DNA of 64,000 nt from positions 72,759 through 136,758 of the forward strand of contig CAYMRP010000002.1 in assembly GCA_964392925.1 (NCBI GenBank), written 5' to 3'. This document shows, in pieces, positions 1 through 9,252 of this stretch; position 1 is the first letter of the stretch; each line of letters opens with the position of its first letter. The DNA is from an uncultured Gammaproteobacteria bacterium (GTDB lineage Bacteria > Patescibacteriota > Microgenomatia > Daviesbacterales > UBA10151). Under the pieces are notes generated by a model. The model was not told the DNA's origin and made no database searches. It worked only from the letters and a program-made list of their open reading frames with translations. A program made the position numbers and the translations under genes.

Positions 1-741
1 TTCAGTCACCATAATCATCGCCCCTCTTGGGCCCCTCAGCGTTTTATGTGTGGTAGTCATAATTACATCAGCATAAGGCGCGGGTGAAGGATGAGCGCCT
101 CCTACAATAAGTCCGGCAATATGCGAAACATCAGCCATTAAAATAGCTCCAACTTTATCCGCAATTTTTCTAAACTTCGCAAAATCAATTGTTCGGGGAT
201 ATGCGGTAAATCCGCAAATGAGTAAATCAGGCTTCTCTTCTAACACAGCTGCTTCAACTTCTTTATAATCCAGCTGCCCAGTTGTCATAGAAACTTTATA
301 GCTTGCAGTTTTAAAGAAAATTCCCGAGAATCCAACTTTAAGTCCATGAGTAATATGGCCACCCTGATCCAGTGCCAGTCCCATTAATTTTTGTCCTGGT
401 TTTAAAAGCCCCATTACAATTGCCGCATTAGCAGGAGATCCGGAATAAGGCTGAACATTAACATGCGCCACTCCAAATAATTTTTTCGCTAAATCCTGAG
501 CATAAATTTCAACAGTATCAACCACACCATTTCCCTGATAATAACGTCTCTTTGGATAACCTTCAGAATACTTATTGGTAAAAACCGAACCTAAAGTCTC
601 AATAACTGAGGCCGAAGTGTAATTCTCAGAAGCAATCATCTCAAGTACTTCTTTTTGACGAATTTGTTCTTTTTGGATAGCCTGATAGATTTTTGGAGAA
701 GATTTCTTTAAAGCGGTATAAGCGAAGCCTGTTTTAGCCAT
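1..741 (-). CDS. glyA: serine hydroxymethyltransferase, partial (C-terminus runs off the window start)
   Basis: Reverse-complement translation gives MAKTGFAYTALKK... with SHMT signatures incl. VTTTTHKTLRGPRG near coord 1-60; ATG at 739-741. Confidence 0.85.
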   Translation of the reverse strand, partial: MAKTGFAYTALKKSSPKIYQAIQKEQIRQKEVLEMIASENYTSASVIETLGSVFTNKYSEGYPKRRYYQGNGVVDTVEIYAQDLAKKLFGVAHVNVQPYSGSPANAAIVMGLLKPGQKLMGLALDQGGHITHGLKVGFSGIFFKTASYKVSMTTGQLDYKEVEAAVLEEKPDLLICGFTAYPRTIDFAKFRKIADKVGAILMADVSHIAGLIVGGAHPSPAPYADVIMTTTHKTLRGPRGAMIMVTE

Positions 742-974
742 CTGGCATCCCATAGAATACCTCGGTTAAGTGTTAGTGTCAATATATAAATAGTATATCG
801 AGCTTCAGAAACAAAGCGCGTCAACGATGAGGATTTGTCTATCAGGGGAAGTGCGGATTCTGCAAAGCAGATATCCGAAGGGGTCAATCCCCGATCAGAC
901 AAATCCAAGGAGTAGCGCGACTTTCCAAGCGAGAGAGTTTTGGTACTTTTGCTCTCAAAAGTACAAAGAATTAA

Positions 975-2594
975 TTAAGAATTAAAGATTTCCGCTGCCA
1001 TCCTCACTATCTCATCATCCTGCGCCACTTCCACATTAGCCAGTTCCGATGACTTCATATCTCTTTTTCCGATAACTGTTGTCACTTTAACCGACTTTCC
1101 TAAAACATCCGCTAGAACAGACTCCAAAAGCGTCCTTGATTTAGGAGCCTCCAAGATTCTTTGATGGAAAGAATAAGGCACTTCCAAAACCACATTCACC
1201 CCATCACAATTTTTAACTTTAGTCTGACGTAGCAAAGCTTCCAGGGAAAAGTTATAAGGCTTAATAGTCTCAAGAATATAAGTCCATTTATCAGTAATAA
1301 CAATCACGTCATCCGAAGCCTGCATATTCTCTATACTTGGCACAGCTTCGCCTGACGATGGAAGATCGATCATAGAAGATTGTTTTTCCAGGGTGGAAGA
1401 TAGAATTTCCCGAGTCAATCTTCCACTTTCCACCTTCATATTACTATCTTCCATTCTTCTACCCTCCATCCTCTGCGCTTCGCCTGATACACTCTTAATC
1501 ACCGCCACCTCCAGCGGCAATGATGAAATACTTGTATATTTAAGCTGTTCTAAACTCTTCTGAAAATTCTCCAAATATGAAATTAATTTCCCCTGCTCCA
1601 TCTTCTGGCCCAATCCTTCAAGAACCTCCCACCTCGCACTTCCGACTTCACCCTTTACCAATTCCCCCGCTCCATTCTTAAGAAGTAAGATCTGCCTTAA
1701 AGCTTTAAGAATCGAATTGGTAAATTCTTTAATATTGGCACCCTTTTCATTTAACTTTTGAATCACCATAAGTGCTTCTCCTCCGCTTCCTGAAACCAGT
1801 TTTTCAATTAAACCTGAAGTTTCAGAAAAATCATTAGCTTTCAAAAGTCCCCGAACCTCTTCAATACTTATATCTCCAGCTGACGAAACTTGATCAAGTA
1901 GTTTCACAGCATCTCTAAAACTGCCTTCTGAAATCTCCCCAATTAAACTTAAAATCTCATCAGATGTTTTAAGGCCTTCCTTCTCGCAAATATTCTTTAG
2001 AGCTGTTTTTACTTCATCCATCGAAGCCAACTTAAAATCAAATCTTTGAACCCGAGACAAAATAGTATTTGGCAGTTTTTGAACTTCTGTTGTCGCCAGT
2101 ATAAATAAAACATGGGCAGGAGGCTCTTCTAAGGTTTTCAAAAGCGCATTAAAAGCCTCGGTTGTTAACATATGCACCTCATCAATAATATAAACTTTCT
2201 TCTTCGCCGAAGACGGGGATAATTTTATCCTCTCTCTCAGTTCTCGAATATCATCAATACCTCGATTTGAAGCCGCATCTATCTCGATCAAATCCATATT
2301 GGATCCATCAGTAATAGAAATGCATGAATCACACTTATTGCAGGGTATTATCGGGCTTTCAGCTTGCGAATTTGCTGACGACTGATTACTGATAGCAGAA
2401 AGCTGAGCTTCACAATTCACAATCTTCGCCAAAATTCTGGCTGTGGAGGTTTTTCCGGACCCTCTTGGGCCAGTGAATAAATAAGCATGGCCTAATTTCC
2501 CGGTTTGGAATGCTGACAGGAGAGTCTTCTTAACATGGTCTTGGCCTATCAATTCTTCAAAATTTTGAGGTCGGTATTTGCGGTAGAAAACCAT
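975..2594 (-). CDS. dnaX: DNA polymerase III subunit gamma/tau
   Basis: 539-aa ORF; Walker A GPRGSGKTS, clamp-loader AAA+ motifs, zinc-module cysteines (CNKCDSC). Confidence 0.9.
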   Translation of the reverse strand: MVFYRKYRPQNFEELIGQDHVKKTLLSAFQTGKLGHAYLFTGPRGSGKTSTARILAKIVNCEAQLSAISNQSSANSQAESPIIPCNKCDSCISITDGSNMDLIEIDAASNRGIDDIRELRERIKLSPSSAKKKVYIIDEVHMLTTEAFNALLKTLEEPPAHVLFILATTEVQKLPNTILSRVQRFDFKLASMDEVKTALKNICEKEGLKTSDEILSLIGEISEGSFRDAVKLLDQVSSAGDISIEEVRGLLKANDFSETSGLIEKLVSGSGGEALMVIQKLNEKGANIKEFTNSILKALRQILLLKNGAGELVKGEVGSARWEVLEGLGQKMEQGKLISYLENFQKSLEQLKYTSISSLPLEVAVIKSVSGEAQRMEGRRMEDSNMKVESGRLTREILSSTLEKQSSMIDLPSSGEAVPSIENMQASDDVIVITDKWTYILETIKPYNFSLEALLRQTKVKNCDGVNVVLEVPYSFHQRILEAPKSRTLLESVLADVLGKSVKVTTVIGKRDMKSSELANVEVAQDDEIVRMAAEIFNS

Positions 2595-2715
2595 AGATGC
2601 TTAGTATTATGTATCAGGTATTAAGTATCAAGGGAGAGCAAATAATGCATACTACATGCTACTTAATACATAATACTCAAAACAGATCATTAACAAAAGA
2701 CTTACAATGAATAAA

Positions 2716-3132
2716 TTAATCGTGATGGATACCTAACAAATGCCGGGTTCCGTGTTCAACCAAAAATCTCAACTCTTCTTCGACTGACACCCCCTCAATA
2801 GCTGCATCTTTAATTACTTGTGGATAAGAAATCATAATATCCCCTAGCTGTAAAACTTTATCTGGAGCTTTCACAAAACCAACCTTTGGAACATGCTGTA
2901 AACTCGCAGAAGCCGTTGGATCTTCCAGCGGAAAAGATAAAATATTAGTCGTCGCGTCTTGTCCGCGAAACTTCTTATTAATCTCATGCATCTGCTTATC
3001 ACCAACCACAGTAATTCCAATCTCTAAATTTCCCTGAATTCTGTGCTGCTTGAGAATATCTAAAACTGTAGCCTGAATACCAAGCTTGCTTATTGGATAT
3101 CGAGGATCGGAATTGACAACAATGTTAATCAT
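2716..3132 (-). CDS. ybeY: rRNA maturation endoribonuclease YbeY
   Basis: 138 aa, C-terminal H..H....H metal motif (HGTRHLLGIHHD). Confidence 0.75.
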   Translation of the reverse strand: MINIVVNSDPRYPISKLGIQATVLDILKQHRIQGNLEIGITVVGDKQMHEINKKFRGQDATTNILSFPLEDPTASASLQHVPKVGFVKAPDKVLQLGDIMISYPQVIKDAAIEGVSVEEELRFLVEHGTRHLLGIHHD

Positions 3133-3155
3133 TTAAATCTACTAACGCGGAACTA

Positions 3156-3599
3156 TTACGCAGACAATCTCTCCTTAACTAAAGAACTGACTCTGGCTCC
3201 TTCAACTTTTTGCCCTACTTGACCCATCACCATACCTATAACTTTACCCATATCACCCATCGACGAAGCACCTGTTTTAGTTATAGACTCATCAACAATT
3301 TTAGTCAACTCCTCATCTGAAATCTGTTCTGGCAGGTAAGTTTCAAGTATCGCCAGCTCCGCTTCTTCTTTAACCGCTAGGTCTTCACGATCTCCAGCTT
3401 TATAGCTAGTGATTGATTCTTTACGCTGTTTTACAGCTTTTTGGATTACCGAAATAATATCTTCGTCAGATAAAGTTTCCACTTTTTTAGCTACTTTTGC
3501 ATAAGTCAGCTCAGACAAAAGCAGTCTCAATGTTGAAACTTTGACCTCATCTTTTGAGATCATTGCAGATTTTAAATCTTCACGAAGTTTTTGTTCCAT
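3156..3599 (-). CDS. GatB/YqeY domain protein
   Basis: 147 aa, Glu-rich helical protein of YqeY type next to rpsU as in many bacteria. Confidence 0.65.
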   Translation of the reverse strand: MEQKLREDLKSAMISKDEVKVSTLRLLLSELTYAKVAKKVETLSDEDIISVIQKAVKQRKESITSYKAGDREDLAVKEEAELAILETYLPEQISDEELTKIVDESITKTGASSMGDMGKVIGMVMGQVGQKVEGARVSSLVKERLSA

Positions 3600-3602
3600 T
3601 AA

Positions 3603-3806
3603 TTAGTCGTTGGCCATTCTTTTAGCTCTTCTAATTTTTCTTGCCCTTTCGGCCAAGCGTTCTTTTCGTTTTTCAGAATTCTTTTTATGGAACATCATGT
3701 CCCGGTATTCCTGAACAACTTTATCCATAACAACTCTTTTTTGAAATTTTCTTATAACAGAATCTGAACTATCGTTCGGTCCTGCTTTAACAATAATTGA
3801 TGACAT
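3603..3806 (-). CDS. rpsU: 30S ribosomal protein S21
   Basis: 67 aa, highly basic, KRxxFxKxxV...RRAKR pattern typical of S21. Confidence 0.8.
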   Translation of the reverse strand: MSSIIVKAGPNDSSDSVIRKFQKRVVMDKVVQEYRDMMFHKKNSEKRKERLAERARKIRRAKRMAND

Positions 3807-3963
3807 AATAATGTGAATTTAGAATTTCTATATACTTTTCGAGCATAGCGCGAAAATACAAAAATCCTAAACTATTAAAAACACCTCCTTTTCTTAAGGT
3901 TAATATTATACTACAAATCTTCATTCCTGCGAAGGAAGGAATCCAATAAACAATCAGAGAAAT

Positions 3964-4392
3964 TTAAGGATTTTTAGGTTGAATTCGCTGCTGAAGACCA
4001 GAAACCACAGAACCTAATAGATGCTCTGGAACCCCATTTACAATTCTATTTACAGCCTCGCTAGTCCTTAAAGTATCAATTTCGCCAATCATAGCACCAA
4101 AACTTGTGTAAGCTAATCTCCCCAATGGAGTTGAGGTAACAAGATTATGAGTTCCTGAGCCCGTCCTCTCCAAATCCACTAAACCCGTAAGCGTTAAACC
4201 TTTAACAATTTTATCAACAACACTCCGTGGCATTTTGTCAGCATCATGAAAATTCCTTAGGTCATCCGCTAATTCAGGATAAGTACGGCCTTCAGGAGAC
4301 AGGACCACACTCCCCAAAACCACACGACTTTCGTCATGCATTAAGTGAGACACAATATTTTTAGTATCGTTATCTAATTTTCTTTCAGGCAT
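3964..4392 (-). CDS. hypothetical protein, possible winged-helix DNA-binding
   Basis: 142-aa ORF; no recognisable catalytic motifs. Confidence 0.4.
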   Translation of the reverse strand: MPERKLDNDTKNIVSHLMHDESRVVLGSVVLSPEGRTYPELADDLRNFHDADKMPRSVVDKIVKGLTLTGLVDLERTGSGTHNLVTSTPLGRLAYTSFGAMIGEIDTLRTSEAVNRIVNGVPEHLLGSVVSGLQQRIQPKNP

Positions 4393-4415
4393 ATGAAAAG
4401 GCAGGAATGTGCAGA

Positions 4416-5507
4416 TTACTTAACAATTGTTTTGAGCAGATTTAAAGTTTTTGTCTGTCTTAACGCATGTCTCAAATGCATTCTAGGCTCCTGTTGGGTA
4501 AATTGCTGTTTAACTTTATTATCTTGAATTTTATCAACTTCAGCCTGTAATTCTTCATCATTAATATTTACATTTTCCTGACGGGCAATCTCAGATAATC
4601 CAAGTTCCATTCTAACGTTTCTCTCAGCCTGTGGTCTCCATTCAGCTTTCAATTGCTCAACAGTTTTCTTCTGACCTTTAAGGTATTCCTCCATTAAAAG
4701 TCCGCGGTCTGAAACATTTCTTTGTAAAGAAAGAAGCATCCGGGCGAGTTCATCCTGAATCAAAACCTCCGGAATATCTACATTTGTAATTTTCTCAACT
4801 TCCTGCAAAATTGATTCTTCATAATCAAGTTCATTATTATATTTAGCCTCAGCTTCTAAATCTGTTTTAATTTTAGTTTTAAGTTCAGCTAAAGTATTTG
4901 CCCCCATAGCCTTGGCAAAATCATCGTTAGGAGCGGTTGGTACTGCACCTGTCTGAGCTGTTGCTGGTTGTGCAGGCTGATTAAACGACATCGAACCCCC
5001 TGCTCCAGCTGGACCCTGAACCTGAGTATTTGCAGCCTGAACAGGCTGCGCCGCCTTCCATCTTTCAAATAAATCAGCCAATATTTTATCAACTTCAGCA
5101 TCATCAGCTAATTTAATTTGAGGCCGTTTGGCATTAACAATTTTATAATTTCCGACTTTAACTTCTGGTTTAACTGTGACCCGGGCTGTAAATTTTAATT
5201 CTCCGCCTTTTTGAAAAGCAGTCACATTATATTGAGGATAATCAATTGGCACATAAGTAGAACCCTGAAGAGCTTCTATCAAAGCCGCAGGCATAATCTG
5301 TTTTAAAGCTTCCTGCTGAACTTGAGGCAAAATTCTTGGCTCAACAATATTTATTGGAGCCTGACCTTTTCTGAATCCTGGTAATTCTACTTCAGCAGCC
5401 GCTTTGTTAAAAACTTCATCCCATTTTGCCTGCATATCACTCCAGGCCATAGTGACTTGAATGTCGATTTGTGATTTAGGTAGTTTGACGATATTTTTAG
5501 TTAACAT
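4416..5507 (-). CDS. tig: trigger factor
   Basis: 363 aa; N-terminal ribosome-binding signature ...PGFRKGQAP; acidic helical C-terminus. Confidence 0.85.
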   Translation of the reverse strand: MLTKNIVKLPKSQIDIQVTMAWSDMQAKWDEVFNKAAAEVELPGFRKGQAPINIVEPRILPQVQQEALKQIMPAALIEALQGSTYVPIDYPQYNVTAFQKGGELKFTARVTVKPEVKVGNYKIVNAKRPQIKLADDAEVDKILADLFERWKAAQPVQAANTQVQGPAGAGGSMSFNQPAQPATAQTGAVPTAPNDDFAKAMGANTLAELKTKIKTDLEAEAKYNNELDYEESILQEVEKITNVDIPEVLIQDELARMLLSLQRNVSDRGLLMEEYLKGQKKTVEQLKAEWRPQAERNVRMELGLSEIARQENVNINDEELQAEVDKIQDNKVKQQFTQQEPRMHLRHALRQTKTLNLLKTIVK

Positions 5508-5555
5508 AACTTGAGTAATTTAACAGAAAACGGGTACAGAATCAATGTTGTCTGA

Positions 5556-5750
5556 CTATTTAGAGCTATCAAAAACAATTTTCATTCTTGTAGCTCGAAA
5601 AGTCGCATCAGAAACAGAGACAACAGGTGTCTCAGGTGGAGACAATCTTTTTGTCTCTCTCAACATCTTTTTAGCTTCTTCGAGCGACATATCTCTATCA
5701 GCACTAACAAAGAATGTAGCAGGACCAGCAGGTAGTTTATCTTTAGACAT
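5556..5750 (-). CDS. hypothetical small protein
   Basis: 64-aa ORF upstream of tig on the same strand; the overlapping + strand ORF looks spurious. Confidence 0.3.
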   Translation of the reverse strand: MSKDKLPAGPATFFVSADRDMSLEEAKKMLRETKRLSPPETPVVSVSDATFRATRMKIVFDSSK

Positions 5751-5831
5751 ATGGACTTATAGTATACTTATTTGGTCTAAAAGTCAAATGGATCCGTGTC
5801 GGCAAGTATCTGATTAAATTGAAGTACTAGC

Positions 5832-6092
5832 CTAGTAGCCTAAACCTTTTTGATTTATTGTAGTGGAATTGTCCTTCTGAACTAGCTCACTGTTGTTAAC
5901 AGTTACGGCTTCTTGAGGTGAAACAGAATTTGCTTGTTCAGCAGGATTCTTCCCGCCTAATGCGTATTCTTGATCAGCCCTAGCTTTTAAATGTATCCGC
6001 TCAAGAACAACATCCACAAATCTTCTAAAAAAATTATCTCTCCTCTGAGACTCCGGCTGAGGCACTGGTGCTGTATTTATAGCGGCTTCCAT
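5832..6092 (-). CDS. hypothetical small protein
   Basis: 86-aa ORF immediately downstream of proS on the same strand. Confidence 0.3.
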   Translation of the reverse strand: MEAAINTAPVPQPESQRRDNFFRRFVDVVLERIHLKARADQEYALGGKNPAEQANSVSPQEAVTVNNSELVQKDNSTTINQKGLGY

Positions 6093-6093
6093 A

Positions 6094-7785
6094 TTATTCT
6101 TTCTTATTGTCTGCGATTACCTCCTCGATAGTCAAGAATTCTGTTTCCCCATCTCTCTTTTTAACTTCAATTTTATCTGTTGTTTTCTTTGAAACCACAA
6201 TTCTGGTATAAATTCCAATCAAATCCGCATCCGCAAATTTCTCCCCAGCTCTTAAATTCCGGTCATCATACAAAACCTCAACTCCAGCTGCTAAAAGCCG
6301 GTTATATACTTCCTCAACTCTAGCTTTAACCGCTTCATCCTCTAAATCTAACCCTACTAAATGAACCTGAAACGGCGACACAGCCTTAGGCCAAATAATC
6401 CCTTTGGCATCATTCATAGTTTCAACTATCGTTGCCAAAGTTCTGCCTAGCCCAATACCATAACAACCCATATAATATGGCTGAGGCTGACCATCTTTAT
6501 CGATATACGAAGCTCCATCCATTTTCGAAGAATAATGCACCCCTAGTTGAAATATATTCCCAACCTCGATACCTTTTTTAGCAACTAAAGGATGTCCGTT
6601 TGGACCAATATCACCTTCATGAGCAATCGCAAAATCATAAAACTCGTGAGGTAAAGGTATATCTCTACCAAAATTAACATTTACACTATGATAATTAGTC
6701 TTATTCGCTCCCATCTCAAAATTCGTCCGGTTTGCAGTCGTTATATCAAAAAACTGTCTAACTTCCGCAGGCAAATTTATCATTCCGGCATACCCGACTT
6801 CTGCCCCAGTCACTCTCTTAACAGTTTCTGCTGAGGCCAAATTTAGCTGGTATGCCCCAACTACTTTCATCAATTTAGCCTCATTAATCTCATAACCTCC
6901 TCTAATAGCCGCAGCTATAACTTCGCCTTTTTCAGTTTCAAATAAAATCGTTTTTGTGGTAATTCCGACTGGAATCTTTAAAAATTTTGCTAACTCCTCA
7001 ACCCCAATAATCCCCACTCCTTCAACATCCTCCATCGGTTTAAGCTCTGCATCACTCTCTACTTTTGCCGGAGTAAATCTGGCTACATCTTCGTGAGCTG
7101 AATACCCTTTTTCATCAGTCAAAAATCGCGATTCCCCAGCTTCCGACTCCACAACAAATTCATGGCAATAATCTCCGCCAATATACCCGTTATCCGATTC
7201 AACAATATGAGTTTTAAGCCCCATTCGCTCGAAAATCTTTGTATAAGTCTGTTCCATATTTTTATATTCCAGTTTGAAATCCTCTTCAGTCGTATGGAAC
7301 GAGTAAGCATCTTTCATCACAAACTCCCGCACCCTGAGCAATCCGCCGCGTGCTCTCATTTCATCTCTAAATTTTGTTGAGAATTGATATAGGTTAAATG
7401 GTAAATCCCGATAACTAATTTGAAATTTTCGCACTAAATCTACCAACATCTCTTCCGCGGTTCCGCCTAAAACAAATTCAAACTCACTCCTATCTTTTAT
7501 CGACATCAACTCAAAGCCGACTGAATTAGATCTGTTTGTCTCGTCCCATAAAGATTTAGGATGTAAAACCGGCGTAATCATCTCCTGACCGCCTGCCTTA
7601 TCCATTTCCTCTTTAATGATTCTTTGAATCTTATGAAAAACCCTTATCCCCAAAGGTAAAAGATAATATCTCCCGGCTGTCGATTCACGGATATAGCCCG
7701 CCTGATAAAGTAATTTATGCGAAGCCAGAGTCGCCCCCTGCGGAGTCTGTTTTATTGTTTTTGGAAATAATTTTGAATATTTCAT
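6094..7785 (-). CDS. proS: prolyl-tRNA synthetase (bacterial type with editing insertion)
   Basis: 563 aa; class II aaRS motifs, ProRS family; preceded by a T-box leader. Confidence 0.9.
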   Translation of the reverse strand: MKYSKLFPKTIKQTPQGATLASHKLLYQAGYIRESTAGRYYLLPLGIRVFHKIQRIIKEEMDKAGGQEMITPVLHPKSLWDETNRSNSVGFELMSIKDRSEFEFVLGGTAEEMLVDLVRKFQISYRDLPFNLYQFSTKFRDEMRARGGLLRVREFVMKDAYSFHTTEEDFKLEYKNMEQTYTKIFERMGLKTHIVESDNGYIGGDYCHEFVVESEAGESRFLTDEKGYSAHEDVARFTPAKVESDAELKPMEDVEGVGIIGVEELAKFLKIPVGITTKTILFETEKGEVIAAAIRGGYEINEAKLMKVVGAYQLNLASAETVKRVTGAEVGYAGMINLPAEVRQFFDITTANRTNFEMGANKTNYHSVNVNFGRDIPLPHEFYDFAIAHEGDIGPNGHPLVAKKGIEVGNIFQLGVHYSSKMDGASYIDKDGQPQPYYMGCYGIGLGRTLATIVETMNDAKGIIWPKAVSPFQVHLVGLDLEDEAVKARVEEVYNRLLAAGVEVLYDDRNLRAGEKFADADLIGIYTRIVVSKKTTDKIEVKKRDGETEFLTIEEVIADNKKE

Positions 7786-8025
7786 ATTATGTTTTAAGCA
7801 CTAAAAAACCTCATCTTTGCCCATCAGAAACATCTGATAAACAAGGACGAGGCTTCTCGTGGTACCACCTTGATTTTATACTTGATTGGTAGTGTTTACG
7901 TTACAAACGGGAATGCTTATCGCACCCAGCCTGCCCCGCGTAGCTTAGCGAAGTGGGGCGAAAGAGCAGGAAACTCCTTCACAGCTTTGAAAAAAGTATA
8001 CTTGGTTTATCAAGCTAAGTAAAGA
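7786..8025 (-). promoter_or_regulatory. T-box riboswitch leader of proS (terminator/antiterminator)
   Basis: Minus-strand reading contains AATCAAGGTGGTACCACGAG (T-box consensus AAnnnGGGTGGnACCGCG) at about 7853-7878, followed by hairpin + U-run (coords 7797-7850) just before the proS ATG; candidate specifier CCC/CCA in upstream stem. Confidence 0.6.
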
Positions 8026-9165
8026 TTAGAAAATTAGCTTCCGGATATCAGAAATTGTAATCAGCATAATTAAGCTCAAAAGGACTAACAATCCAATCGT
8101 ATGAACATATTTCTCAACCACCGCATGAGTCTTTTTACGAGTTATTCCTTCGATTACTAAGAAAAATAGCCTTCCCCCATCAAGCCCAGGGAATGGTAAA
8201 ACATTCACAACCGCTAAATTTAAAGACAGAGCTGCAACGAAATCTAAATAAGGAATCACCGGATTCTTCACCGATAGAATTTGCGCCACCACTGATGTTA
8301 TCCCCACAGGTCCGGCAACCGCATTCGACACAGGCGCAATATCTTTTTCCTTAAACGAATACCCAATCGTCTCACCTAGTATTTTCCCTGAATATGCCAT
8401 TAAGTTGTAGCTATGAATTGGCCCGGCAAATAATTTCTGCATAGGTGTTTCATAATTTAAATTAACAGTTTTTAAGCCTCCTAATGAAACCCCTAAGGCT
8501 CCCTGTCCTGCTGGAGGATTCTCTCTTGGTATAAGTGTAACCTCACGGCTATTATTACCCTGGATATCAGTAATAGTTAATTTGACCTCTTTCCCTGCAT
8601 TAGCTTTAATCTCCGATACAAATTGATCAGCATCCGTCACAACACTCCCGTTAAACGCTGTTATCCTATCTCCTTCAGTCAATCCTGATTGCTGAGCCGG
8701 CGAACCTTCGGCAATATTTCCCACAATAATTGCTGTGTCAGTCGTCTGGTTTACTCCCACGAATTTATAATCAGAGAGAAGCGGTAATTGAGTTTTAAAT
8801 CCTTGAGCTCCCAGAACTATATAAAAAAGCACCCAGGCTAAAAGTAGATTCATTACCACACCTGCAATAACTACAGTAATTCTTTTCCAAATTGCCGCTT
8901 TAGCAAACGATCTTTTATCATCAAGAACGCTTTTATCGGACTCGTCTTCCCCTAATAACCTAACAAATCCTCCAAAAGGCAGCCAATTAAGGCTCCAAAT
9001 AGTCTCTCCAATCTTCTTCCCCCAAGCTCTTGGCGGAATTCCAAATCCGAATTCTAAAACTTTAATATTGAATTTTTTGGCTGCAAAAAAATGCCCAAGC
9101 TCGTGAATAACAACTAAGATTAATAGAGTGACAATGAAGACAAAAATTACAAAAGCTAAAAACAT
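8026..9165 (-). CDS. rseP: site-2 protease RseP (M50 zinc metalloprotease with PDZ)
   Basis: 379 aa; HELGHFF (HExxH) in TM1, PDZ-like middle region, C-terminal LDGG. Confidence 0.85.
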   Translation of the reverse strand: MFLAFVIFVFIVTLLILVVIHELGHFFAAKKFNIKVLEFGFGIPPRAWGKKIGETIWSLNWLPFGGFVRLLGEDESDKSVLDDKRSFAKAAIWKRITVVIAGVVMNLLLAWVLFYIVLGAQGFKTQLPLLSDYKFVGVNQTTDTAIIVGNIAEGSPAQQSGLTEGDRITAFNGSVVTDADQFVSEIKANAGKEVKLTITDIQGNNSREVTLIPRENPPAGQGALGVSLGGLKTVNLNYETPMQKLFAGPIHSYNLMAYSGKILGETIGYSFKEKDIAPVSNAVAGPVGITSVVAQILSVKNPVIPYLDFVAALSLNLAVVNVLPFPGLDGGRLFFLVIEGITRKKTHAVVEKYVHTIGLLVLLSLIMLITISDIRKLIF

Positions 9166-9252
9166 AAATTAAGTACTAGCTCAACAGTCTAGTGACAAGT
9201 TATTGTAGCAGATTTATTTCTAGACTCCAGACTCTTGTCCCTAGAAACTCAC

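Noticed and set aside
708-908. 66-aa minus-strand ORF from the ORF track
   Set aside because: Overlaps the glyA N-terminus and upstream region. It has no SD and no features. The true gene here is glyA (ATG at 739-741).
2595-2715. Possible SRP RNA (ffs) upstream of dnaX
   Set aside because: No GGAAGCAGCC / AGGUCCGG domain-IV signature. The hairpin is AT-rich and lacks SRP conserved nucleotides.
3820-3952. 44-codon frame starting at the ATG embedded in the conserved hairpin and running through the rpsU upstream region (contains aaaaggagg)
   Set aside because: The frame is out of phase with rpsU and spans the probable rpsU promoter (TATAAT at about 3876-3881 on minus). It is more likely that the hairpin is regulatory and the SD-like sequence is incidental. 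Kept only as part of the motif finding.
4889-5104. 71-aa minus-strand ORF inside tig, and the other short overlapping ORFs (5545-5817 +, 7119-7380, 9192-9386 +, 13652-13897 +, 14876-15073, 18342-18623 +, 18961-19179 +, 20553-20909 +, 23316-23782 +, 26903-27115 +, 28826-29020 +, 30876-31070, 34073-34681, 35206-35802, 38269-38490 +, 38943-39158 +, 41824-42048, 42799-43188, 46354-46563, 46616-46798 +, 47487-47678, 47840-48329, 48504-48704, 49271-49507 +, 50750-50950 +, 51677-51916, 52412-52768 +, 53482-53670, 54643-54858, 55522-55815, 56000-56239 +, 57301-57724, 57991-58206, 60006-60191, 60763-60990 +, 61513-61695 +)
   Set aside because: All lie embedded in or antisense to well-supported longer genes or tRNAs. 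They have low-complexity or AT-rich translations and are treated as spurious.
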